From Octopus vulgaris (taxonomy: Eukaryota), in contig OX597825.1 in NCBI GenBank assembly GCA_951406725.2, positions 10,044,001 to 10,108,000 on the forward strand: a stretch of DNA of 64,000 nt. Reading direction: 5' to 3'. Under the pieces are notes generated by a model, which worked only from the letters and a program-made list of their open reading frames with translations, was not told the DNA's origin and did no database searches. This document shows, piece after piece, positions 39,211 through 50,652 of the stretch; the stretch's first letter is position 1; the number at the start of each line of letters is the position of its first letter. A program made the translations under genes and the position numbers.

Positions 39211-39909
39211 CATGCGTTAATTTGGTCAGCAAAAATCTGGGAACATAAAACAAAACAAATACTAATTGTTTGACAAAAATAGACAGAAATATTATATTAG
39301 AATTCAGTTTCTTAAATTAACCCGGATGATAGTGAGGATTAATGGGCAAAAACCATGCTATCTGACAAAATTTTCATGACTATGATCAACTACCATTGTT
39401 CTGCAGGAAAAGTATATTATTTTTTCATGAAAAATATAAACATGGAAATTTTTCTTAACACTTCATTTCATTTTATTTAATTTATTATTAGTAAATTATT
39501 ATTAAATTAACACACCATGTTATTATTAAATTAGCGTTATTATTAAATCAATATACAAGCAATTGTTCATGCATCCACCCCTGCCTGAAAAAAAATCACA
39601 TTGTTGATAAATTTTTTTCAATGTTTTTATTTCTTTTCCCCCCGGTGAAAATTATTTTTGTCTTTTGTGCTATCAGGGCCTGTGTGGGGGCGCTGCTGTC
39701 TGACAACTCACTATGTATTGAGTGTGAATCTGTAGGCACGTTTTTCACAGAGTCATGCTGTGCAATTATTTTCAATTAAATCCAAAAAAAAAAGGTGTTG
39801 AAAAATAAATGTTAATGAAGGTTATTCTGGACCTGCCAAAAATGCTCCGTGGACTGGATTAAAATGCTTGGCGGGCCAGGGTTTGCCGGGTCCTGAACTA
39901 AATCCTCTA

Positions 39910-40132
39910 CCTATCATAATGGAGGTCTTCTGAATGGCCTTTTTTGATCCCTTGGATAGCACTTGGCAACTGAATGCATTCACTTGTTGTCTGTGAACCT
40001 TACAATATATCTGGTCCATCAGAACTTCCATTCTGTATTCTGTGATCATGTTGCTCACTCCACTCCATTCTGGAATTATTTCATTTTGGATGTGTTCTCA
40101 CAATTATATTCCTAGAATGGATCTTTCAATAG
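39910..40132 (-). mobile_element. Decayed RTE-clade LINE fragment
   Basis: IERSILGI*L*EHIQNEII...RFTDNK*...YPRDQKRPFRRPP. Confidence 0.65.
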
Positions 40133-40279
40133 AAAATATATAAATGTAAGATAGACAGATGGATGTGTCACGAGTCTGGAAAAAGCAAAAGTGTGAAAGT
40201 AACAGATGGTATAGGATTCATTCAAAAGCAAAGAATGTGCTTCGAAAATCATTTCCAGCCAATTATCTTCCTCTTCATA

Positions 40280-40388
40280 AATTGGATTTCAGAACATTAA
40301 ACTCTCAGTAAATGCCACCCTGAGTATAATCCAGTCCTATGCTCTCACAAATGCTAGTGAAGACGATGATGGGGAAGAATTTTATCAA
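40280..40388 (+). mobile_element. LINE AP-endonuclease relic
   Basis: LSIIQSYALTNASEDDDGEEFYQ resembles the IIQxYAPT...EEFY motif. Confidence 0.45.
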
Positions 40389-40548
40389 GGCATAGGATTG
40401 GCTGTGTGGAAAGTAGCTTGCTTACTAACCACATGGTTCCGGGTTCAGTCCCCCTGCGTGGCACCTTGGGCAAGTATCTTCTACTATAGCCTTGGACTGA
40501 CCAAAGCCTTGTGAGTGGATTTGGAAGATGGAAACTGAAAGAAGCCTG

Positions 40549-40610
<62 letters not shown>

Positions 40611-40825
40611 CTGTGTGTCTGTGTTTGAACCCCCAACATCGCTTCACAACCGATGCTGGTGTGTTTACGTGACCGTAACTTAGCGATTCGGCAAAAGAGA
40701 CCGATAGAATAAGTACTAGGCTTACAAAGAATAAGTCCTGGGGTCGATTTGCTCGATCGACTAAAGGTGGTGCTCCAGCATGGCCACAGTCAAATGACTG
40801 AAACAAGTAAAAGTGTAAAAGAGTA
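40389..40825 (+). mobile_element. Full-length SINE family A
   Basis: Full match to family A. Confidence 0.9.
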
Positions 40826-40877
40826 AGAGCTAAAGAAACGTGCCGGCTTACAAATCTACTTTTACACACACATGCAT

Positions 40878-40917
<40 letters not shown>

Positions 40918-40988
40918 ACACACACTTATACAATCATTAACACAGATTTTCATTCCAAACTTACATTCTACGCTTTTATTCTTTTCAG

Positions 40989-41032
40989 AAACCTAGGAAA
41001 ATCTGGATTACGAGTGTCAAATGTTGGATTTG
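40989..41032 (+). CDS. KCNAB: Kv channel beta subunit 44-nt exon (RNLGKSGLRVSNVGFG)
   Basis: ttttattcttttcag| ... G|gtaagt. The peptide matches the Kv-beta core start RNLGKSGLRVSCLGLG. Phase 2-1. Confidence 0.93.
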
Positions 41033-41451
41033 GTAAGTTGTCATTATTTTAGTGTCTTATTTCCATAAATAGTTACAGTGCTTTCTCTTTTTGTAGGAAT
41101 TTCATTATAAAACATTTTTTATATACATGCTGTGTTTAAAAATACAACAAATATTGTTGGGAGGTGAATATTGTCCTACGCTGTGAAAACCTTGCCCTGA
41201 CAAGGCATAACCTGGTTGAAATGCATCTTGCCAGCCACCAATGGGATGGTTCTGGGTTCAGTTTCCAAACCTGGAATCTTCTTTCTAATATCTTTATAGA
41301 CTAATATATGTCAATACATGGGAATAGAACTATTAAAGAATAAAATTTGTTTTATTCAAGCCAAAAAGATATCTATATATAAATATTTAACACATTTTCA
41401 ACTCTTTCCCATTATTGTTTTTACACACACACACAGGCATTAATATATGTA

Positions 41452-41524
<73 letters not shown>

Positions 41525-41590
41525 CTTTATATATACACATTTATATAAACATATATATTTATATATGTGTGTGCATATAATATATATATA

Positions 41591-41858
41591 TAGGAGTAGC
41601 TGTGTGGAGGCGCAGGAGTAGCTGTGTGGTAAGTAGCTTGCTTACCAACCACATGGTTCCGGGTTCAGTCCCACCGTGTGGCACCTTGGGCAAGTGTCTT
41701 CTACTATAGCCTCTGGCCGACCAAAGCTTTGTGAGTGGATTTGGTGGATGGAAACTGAAAGAATCCCGTCGTATGTATGTTTATATATATATCAGCTGAA
41801 ACGTTGTGTTATCAACAAACAAGATGAGGAAAAATATCCATCAAATGTAAATAATGTA
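41591..41858 (+). mobile_element. SINE A 5' half (with duplicated first ~20 nt) joined at its TA tract to the 3' part of family K
   Basis: aggagtagctgtgtgg occurs twice. 41791-41858 matches 44167-44236. Confidence 0.75.
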
Positions 41859-41884
41859 ATAAACAGGTGAAGAACAAATATATA

Positions 41885-41932
<48 letters not shown>

Positions 41933-42046
41933 ATTTGGCAATAAAAATATGACCGTCCCAAAATACAACACTTGTTTCAACACACGACTTCACATCAGGA
42001 ATCTTGCAACACAAATTTATAAACATGTGTGTGTAAACACGCATGT

Positions 42047-43088
42047 GGAAGCACTCCGTCGGTTACGACGATGAGGGTTCCGGTTGATCCGAATCAACAG
42101 AACAGCCTGCTCGTGAAATTAATGTGTAAGTGGCTGAGCACTCCACAGACACGTGTACGCTTAACGTAGTTCTCGGGGATATTCAGCGTGACACAGAGAG
42201 TGACAAGGCCGGCCCTTTGAAATACAGATACAACAGAAACAGGAAGTAAGAGTGAGAGAAAGTTGTGGTGAAAGAGTACAGCAGGGATCACCACCATCCC
42301 CTGCCGGAGCCTCGTGGAGCTTTTTAGGTGTTTTCGCTCAATAAACACTCGCAACGCCCGGTCTGGGAATCGAAACCACGATCCTATGACCGTGAGTCCG
42401 CTGCCCTAACCACTGGGCCATTGCGCCTCCACCCTTTGAAATACAGGTACAACAGAAACAGGAAGTAAGAGTGAGAGAAAGTTGTGGTGAAAGAGTACAG
42501 CAGGGATCACCACCATCCCCTGCCGGAGACTCGTGGAGCTTTTAGGTGTTTTCGCTCAATAAACACTCACAACACCCGGTCTGGGAATCGAAACCGCGAT
42601 CCTATGACCGCGAGTCCGCTGCCCTAACCACTGGGCCATTGCGCCTCCACCCTTTGAAATACAGGTACAACAGAAACAGGAAGTAAGAGTGAGAGAAAGT
42701 TGTGGTGAAAGAGTACAGCAGGGTTCACCACCATCCCCTGCCGGAGACTCGTGGAGCTTTTTAGGTGTTTTCGCTCAATAAACACTCGCAACGCCCGGTC
42801 TGGGAATCGAAACCGCGATCCTATGACCGCGAGTCCGCTGCCCTAACCACTGGGCCATTGCGCCTCCACCCTTTGAAATACAGGTACAACAGAAACAGGA
42901 AGTAAGAGTGAGAGAAAGTTGTGGTGAAAGAGTACAGTAGGGATCACCACCATCCCCTGCCGGAGCCTCGTGGAGCTTTTTAGGTGTTTTCGCTCAATAA
43001 ACACTCGCAACGCCTGGTCTGGGAATCGAAACCGCGATCCTATGACCGCGAGTCCACTGCCCTAACCACTGGGCCATTGCACCTCCAC
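42047..43088 (-). mobile_element. SINE family F (tail type 1) with four tandem 218-219-bp tRNA-headed 5' units
   Basis: Unit boundaries on + at 42213, 42432, 42650 and 42869. Single 3' tail 42047-42212. Exact 12-bp TSD aaacacgcatgt at 42035-42046 and 43089-43100. Confidence 0.93.
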
Positions 43089-43594
43089 AAACACGCATGT
43101 ATGTATGCCTGTATATATTTGAGGAAGGCTTCTCACTCATTCTTGTGTTTCATATCCTTTTACATATTTTCCCAGTTTTCATGAGACTCGCTGATGTTCT
43201 TCTGCTTGTTGCCTGTTTTTGATTTCCTCTTCCCATTTCTATTTACTACCTAACACTAACACTTCAGTAACGAGCACAGCTGCACAATAGAACAAATCCC
43301 TGCCACTAGTTAACTTATGTACTTTTATCTTTCTACAAATCTAATTAAATGTTCTCACTGTGATATTTAATCTGTTGCGAGATGGCAAAATCAATAGCGT
43401 TAAACAAGTGCCTTGTCGTATTTAATTAATTCCTTTAATTGTTCATATTTCAAAACCTGATGACTTTTACATTGATTTCATATTATTAGAGTTTATAAAC
43501 AAGTACCAATCACATACAAGGGGTCAATTAACCAATTATAACTTCTGCCAAAATTTGCAGCCTTTGGCATCTACATGAAATAAAATTATTGTTG

Positions 43595-44057
43595 AAAGGC
43601 ATCAATGACAGAATCGTTGGAGCTATAGAGAAATTGCCTTATAGCATCTTACACTATTTAGTTAATTGATTCTATGTTCTGAGTTCAAATTTAACCAGTG
43701 TTGACTTTGCCTTTCATCCTTCCAGGGGGCAATAAAATTAATACTCGTCAATACTTGGGATGTTTTAATCAGATAACCTCTTCTCACAAATTTAAAGCCT
43801 TGGGTTCCAATGTTAACAATTATCATTATTTTATCTTTCATCCTTTAGGGGTTGGGCAAATAAGTACGAATTGAATATTGGGGGGGTCAATGTAATCAAA
43901 CTAGCCTCTCCCCTACCAAACTTCAGGCTTTGTCCCTATTGTAGAAAAGATTATGATTATTATTATTATGTCCACAGGCATATGGCATAGTGGTTAAGAT
44001 CGCAGGCTACTAACCCCAAGATTCCGAGTTCGATTCCAGGTAGTAACCTGAATAATG

Positions 44058-44088
<31 letters not shown>

Positions 44089-44820
44089 TAATAACATCGA
44101 AAATATTAGGATTGAGAACCCAGGTTTGAAATTTCCCCACAACACCTGATGAAGGCTGGAGGGTATATCAGCCGAAATGATGTGTTATAACAACAAGCAA
44201 AATGAGGACAAATATCCGTCAAATGTAAATAATGTAAATAATTCCTCGTCTGTCTTTACATATTGAGTTCAAACTCTCCTGAGGTCAACTTTACCTTTCA
44301 TCCTTTCAGGTTCGATGAAATAAGAACCAGTTAGACACTAGGGTCAATGTAATCAACTTGCCCCTCCCACCAAATTTTGAGCCTTGTGTTACTATAGTAG
44401 AAATTATTATTATCATTATTATTATTATTATTTATTATTATTATTATTATTATTAAAATGGTGAGCTGGCCAAAACAGTAGCACACAGAGTGAAATGCTT
44501 AGCAGTAGTATTCATCTGTCTTTACATTCTGAGTTCAAAATTCTGCTGAGGTTGACTTTGCCTTTCATCCTTTTGGGGTTAATAAATTAAGTACCAGTCA
44601 TGTACTTGGGTCAGTCTAATTGACTGGCCCCTCTCCCCCAAAATTCCGGGCCTTATGCCTAGAATTGAAAAGATTATTATTGTTGTTATTATTAAAATGG
44701 TGAGCTGGCAGAATCGTTAGCACACCAATCAAGATGCTTAGACTGTCTTTACGTTCTGAGTTCAAATTCTGCTGAGGTCAACCTTACCTTTCATCCTTTC
44801 GGGGCCAATAAAATAAGCAC
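43595..44820 (+). mobile_element. Head-to-tail cluster of about five decayed SINE B copies with (TAT)n tails
   Basis: Repeated ctttcatcctt...aagtacc bodies at ~43710, 43836, 44295, 44562 and 44788. Confidence 0.75.
43976..44247 (+). mobile_element. Family K: tRNA-like head + (AAT)n + hammerhead-like motif
   Basis: A-box TGGCATAGTGG (43983-43993), B-box GAGTTCGATTCC (44026-44037). Hammerhead-like aacac CTGATGA a ggctg...cagcc GAAA tgat gtgtt at 44141-44186. Confidence 0.65.
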
Positions 44821-45028
44821 CATGTCACCCAAAACACACATACAGTGTGATTCACAATTCTTCTGTAAGTTCATTTATGCCCAGCTACTTCATAACCAAA
44901 GGGTGTTGCTCTTGTGATCACATGATCCTTGTTTTAATTCCTGCACTGAGTGGTACATTGTATTCTTGTGCAAAACTCTTCATTTCAAGTTGATCCAGTC
45001 CATTCATCTATACAGGAGTAACCCTGGA

Positions 45029-45069
<41 letters not shown>

Positions 45070-45223
45070 ACAACAACAACAACAGCACCACCAGCATCCC
45101 ATTCAGAGCGAAATGTTGTGACCTTGGTCATTTAAAAATGCCATGGAAACTGGGAGACCGGCCTTATGAGTCCTGAGACTCAAGTCAGTGATGTCCAGGG
45201 GTTGTTGTTGCTGTTGATGATGT

Positions 45224-45275
<52 letters not shown>

Positions 45276-45939
45276 GGTGGTGGCAATTATGATGATGACA
45301 ACAATACTTTAATGATGATGATGATGAATATGACGATGATGATGTTGATGACTACGATGATGATGATGATGATGATGATAGTGTTGATAATGCTGATGAT
45401 GATCATCATGAGATGATGATGATGGGGGCTGAGTTGCACCATTTCTTTTAATTAAACATTTCTATGTCCTTCTTGTGGCTGAAGCTGTGCAGCAATGATT
45501 GAGAAATTCGGTCATGAAAGGATTCGCAGATAATAGAGGAAACGGTCTCCCTCCTTTGTCTGGTTCAATAGGCAGCCACGGGCAAGCATCAGTAAGCCTT
45601 TGAGAATGCGGGTGTTTGGAATGAACAATGTTCAGAATACACAAGTCCATGGGCCATAAAGTTTGGAAGGTGTGTGTGAGTGTGTGTGTGGATATATATG
45701 CATACATATGTACAGATAGACAGGTAGACTGACAGATAGATAGATAGAGAGAGAGATAGAGTGATAGATAGAGAGATAGAGAGATAGATAGAGAGAGAGA
45801 GATAGAGAGGTAGAGAGAAAGAGAGAGAGACAAAGATAGATAGATATGTGGGTAGGTAGATATAGATACATACATACATATAGAAAGACAGACAGATAGA
45901 CAGATGAATAGGTAAACAGAGAGAGAGAGAGGTTGAGAA

Positions 45940-46009
<70 letters not shown>

Positions 46010-46167
46010 GGATGGATAGATATGTGGGCAGGTAGATAGATAGATACATACATACATAGACAGACAGACAGATAGATGAATAGGTAAACAGATAGATAAA
46101 TAGATAGACAGAGAGAGAGAGAGAGCAGTAAACAGACAAACACATAGTCAGGTAAGTAGACAGGTAC

Positions 46168-46178
46168 TGACTTTGTGA

Positions 46179-46211
<33 letters not shown>

Positions 46212-46295
46212 TGTGAAATATTTGTTTATATATATATATATATATATTGTGAAATATTTGTTTATATATATATATGTATGTATTGTGAAATATTT

Positions 46296-46341
<46 letters not shown>

Positions 46342-46367
46342 AAACAAATATTTCACAGACAAAGTCA
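46168..46367. repeat. Fold-back structure around (TA)n tracts
   Basis: tgactttgtgaaata ... tatttcacagacaaagtca. tgtgaaatatttgtttata occurs three times direct and once inverted. Confidence 0.75.
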
Positions 46368-46598
46368 ATTAAGTCTGTACATCAAGTATCTTAGAAACAA
46401 AAGTGATAAATAGCTAAGAGCTTATACTTTCCACTGATTTCAAATAAGCTCGTTAATTCTTTAGTTTGTTCATTTTCTGTGGTTAATGATGTTTTTCCAG
46501 AGAGAAGAAACTGCAGCCGCCTCTGTTGGAACATAGTTTATTTGGTACCTACAGAAATGTAAATAAGTAAATAAATAAGTAATTAACACAAACGCTTG

Positions 46599-46660
<62 letters not shown>

Positions 46661-46819
46661 CAGATTAAATTACAAGAGTTTTAACTAAAAATAACTTACC
46701 TTTCGTTGTTTTCTTCTTCTTCTTTTGAAACGGATCAATCTCTGCCTTTCTTTTTACAGTTCTCTCTTTCTTCCTTTCTTTCTTTCTTTCTCCTTATCTT
46801 GGTCTCTTTGGATCACAAG

Positions 46820-46873
<54 letters not shown>

Positions 46874-48070
46874 CTCTCTTTCTCTCTCTCTCTTTCTCTC
46901 GCTCTCTTGTTCTCTTTTCCTTGCTCTCTTTCTTGCAATCTTATTCTGTATCTCTTCCTTTCTCTTCCTCTCTTTTGCTCTCCCTCTCTCCCTCTCTCTC
47001 TCTCCCTCTCTCTCTCCCTCTCTCCCTCTCCCTCTCTCTCTCCCTCTCTCTCACTTGTTCCCTCTGCTTTGCTGTCTCTCACAATCTCATTCTTTCTCTC
47101 TCTCTCTCTCTCGGTCACTCTCTCTCTGTCACTCTCTCTCTCTGTCACTCTCTCTCTCTCTGTCACTCTCTCTGTCTCTCTCTCTCTTCCTTGCTCTCCC
47201 TCTTGCAATCTTATTCTCTCTCACTTCCATTCTCTTCTTCTTTTTCTCTCTCTTCTCTTTCGTTCCCTCTATCTTACTTTCACTTTCACTTGCCCTCCTC
47301 CTTTCTCTCTCTCTTTCTCACATAATTAATTGGATATAAATTTAAGCCAACAAAAGCTTAAACACATCCATTATAGCAATGATTAGCATCAAGGCTTTAA
47401 TAATCATCACCACCAACAACACCAACAACAACAACAACAACAAAATAAACCAAAAACCTAATCAACAACAACAACAACAACAACGTCAACAACAACTTCC
47501 ACCCCTTGTTACATCATTCTATTATTAGATTTTTTATAAATTTTTATCTCTTGTATTTTTTTCTCCAAACAGAATCCTCCCAGGAATTTGTTGGAACTCT
47601 CTTCAGCTAATTTGATACACTTAAGCCGAGTGTTAAACTAAATTTGATGGCCACGTAATTCTATGGCATTTAATAGAATTGCTCGGAATATGGTGCAACG
47701 CACGTATAATGAGAAGATGAGAGAGATGCAGAGAAGCGGTGGTGGTGGTGGTGGTGGTGGTCCTGGTGGTGGTGGTCCTGGTGGTGGTGGTGGTGGTGGT
47801 GATGGAGAGAACTTCATTTTTCTGTAATGATTCTCTGGACTGTCTTTGAGATATTTATTTAGAAGAGGACAGGCAAGAAGAATTTTCGCAACAGAGTTAA
47901 AAACAGTATTGATCAAGTGAGAAAATGTAGAACTTATTTTGATTTCAATTTTGCTCTCTCAATTATAATGGATGAGTGTTTGGATGAAAGTGATATTTGC
48001 CTACAATGCACAGGCAGGGAGTATATACACACACATACATACATACATACACATATATTTATGTGTGTGT

Positions 48071-48225
48071 CATCATCATCATCATCATCATTTAACGTCC
48101 GCTTTCCATGCTAGCATGGATTGGACGGTTCAACTGGTGTCTGGGGAGCCCGAAGGCTGCAACAGGCCAGTCAGATCTGGCAGTGTTTCTACAGCTGGAT
48201 GCCCTTCCTAACGCCAACCACTCCG
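48071..48225 (-). mobile_element. Family C 3' fragment
   Basis: (CAT)n ttaacgtccgctttccatgctagc...ggatgcccttcctaacgccaacc. Confidence 0.85.
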
Positions 48226-48229
48226 TGTG

Positions 48230-48261
<32 letters not shown>

Positions 48262-48289
48262 TATATTTATGTCTGTGTGTGTGCATATA

Positions 48290-48320
<31 letters not shown>

Positions 48321-48528
48321 TTTTGAACTCATCTTTGTTTATTGCTCGAAAATTGGTCGTTATTTCTAAAGGGCCAATCAAACAAGTCCATTTTTTAAAG
48401 GTGTAGCATTTGTAATAGTCTGGATAGAATTCACATATCGGTTCCATTCTAGCAAAAACTGTCCGACGAACGGCAACTGGAAACTCAGAGTTACAGGTTT
48501 TGTTGAATTTTCTGCTGCTTTAAATAAA

Positions 48529-48585
<57 letters not shown>

Positions 48586-48777
48586 TGCATATATATATTT
48601 ATTTATATATTTATAAGAAATAAATAAGATTCAGTTGAATTTGGTACTTAGGTTGAGGCAGCAACTGAGTCGAGTATTGTCTTTCAAACTGCTGTATTGT
48701 TTGCATTAATTGATAAAATGGAGCCACTTGAAATGTCCATAATGCACTGATACCAAGCCACTCTTGTTACTCATTTG

Positions 48778-48823
<46 letters not shown>

Positions 48824-49034
48824 TAGAGAACAAAGTGTACATACACCACTATGTATATATATAAAATAAAATACAAAATGGGACAAGAACACAAAACATC
48901 TGGACAACTAGGTGATACAAAAAAGGGGACAACAAAACATCCAGATAGGCAATAGAAAAAAAACATGGACGGGTCATTCAAAACCTTTTATCTTCAGTCA
49001 AGAACCAGATCATCCTCACAATTTCAGCTGATTA

Positions 49035-49065
<31 letters not shown>

Positions 49066-49137
49066 TATATATAATTATATATATATATATATGAGAGAGG
49101 GTGGGGGAGAATAAGTGAGAGATAGAAAAATATATAG

Positions 49138-49174
<37 letters not shown>

Positions 49175-50005
49175 AATTCCTAAAGAGAGAATTCCATGAA
49201 TACAAAATAAACAGTTTAAAGCATCAACAATATTCTCAAGTGAAATATCAACAATTATTTTCATGCCTCCAGGTAAAAAATATAAAAAATACAAAAAAAA
49301 ACAAAAAAGAAATGTATACCAAACATTTCGAATTCAAACCCCAGCAAAAGTTTGAAGTAATTCTTTTGATGCCATTAATTACTAACAGAATGTTAGATTA
49401 AAAAATCCCAGGAGAAATCATTGAGGTCATATGTCTGAGAATCTGGGCTTTTCGTTTACCAAGGTAACATACGAAGAGGAAGCAGTAACTTTATTCTGTT
49501 GTTAGAAATCAAAAGCTTTATAACTTCAACACATTCTTCCACTATCTGAAATATTATTGGCTATTTCTAGAACATTCTTTTAGTACTTTGCCAGGGTTTT
49601 TTTCTCTGCATCATCGTTTACTGTAAAATTCTTCATACAGTAACCAGTGGAAAATATCAGTTTTCAACTGGTGGTGTTGAGCCAGAAATTGCTAAATGCA
49701 GAACGGAATGACAGCAAATAGTGCAAACACTGTTGCTTGGCTAAGAGAAATTATTTGGACAAAAAGCAATATTTATGGGGCATTTTTGTTTGTGTTTTTT
49801 TTTGTTTTTTGTTTTATGGCGTTTTTTTTGGTGTTTTAAGAGCCAAGAGTTGTTTGATGGAAGGGTTTGGGGGAATGTTGTGTTGATTAGCTATTTCATA
49901 TTCTGAATTCATCAGTTAGTGTTTGTGTGAGTGTGTGTGTGTGTACACATATACTCAGCCCTCACTGTAAAGAGGGACATTAAATGATGATGATGTATAT
50001 ACATT

Positions 50006-50064
<59 letters not shown>

Positions 50065-50254
50065 ACATGCACACACACAGACACACTTGATAGGTGCAGG
50101 TATGGCTGTGTGATTGAGAAGTCTGCTTCCCAACCATGGCATCGACTGGCCTCCTCCCCTCAAAAATTTCGAGTCTTGTCCCAAGAGTAGAAAAGACTAT
50201 AGTGAGGAAGTAGTTCAGTTGAGTGACAGAATGTTGTATATGTCATATATATTC

Positions 50255-50652
50255 TTTTCTGCACTAGGCACAAGGCCTGGAATTTGGGGAGAGGGAGCCA
50301 GTCGATTAGATTGACCTCAGCACTCAACGGGTACTTAATTTATCGACCCCGAAAGGAACAAAGGCAAAGTCGACCTCAGCAAAATTTGAACTCAGAACCT
50401 AATAACACATGAAATACTTATTTCTTTACTACCCACAAGAGGCTAAACGCAGAGAGGACAAACAAGGACAGACAAACAGATTAAGTTGATTACATCAATC
50501 CTAGTGTGTAACTGGTAGTTAATTTATCGACCCCGAAAGGATGAAAGGCTAAGTCGACCTTGGTGGAATTTGAACTCAGAACGTAGCAGCAGACGAAATA
50601 CCGCTAAGCATTTCGCCCCACATGCTAACGATTCTGTCAGCTCACCGCCTTC
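50255..50652 (-). mobile_element. Full-length SINE B with internal duplication
   Basis: TSD tatgYcatatatattc (15/16) at 50239-50254 and 50653-50668. Confidence 0.9.

Larger units (their letters stand above)
37500..39895 (-). mobile_element. Decayed hAT (Buster/SPIN/GTF2IRD2-like) DNA transposon, 3'-truncated
   Basis: KKRKID...CVCLIC...IKHNY, KPFSNGEF, FSIAIDNTIDMTDTCQLAVFVRG, DGASAMIG, HCIMHQDALC, VNFILSRGLNH, WVSRG, LQGG, KLKLW. Terminus CAGGACCCGGCAAAC at 39895, flanked by aacTAaat. Confidence 0.88.

Noticed and set aside
42213-43088. Tandem array as a CRISPR-like locus
   Set aside because: Units are 218-219 bp, contiguous, without unique spacers, derived from a SINE head, with no cas genes and in a eukaryotic context.
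48880-49035. CTGAAGA on the minus strand as a further hammerhead
   Set aside because: It is followed by GAAT rather than GAAA and the stems are unconvincing.
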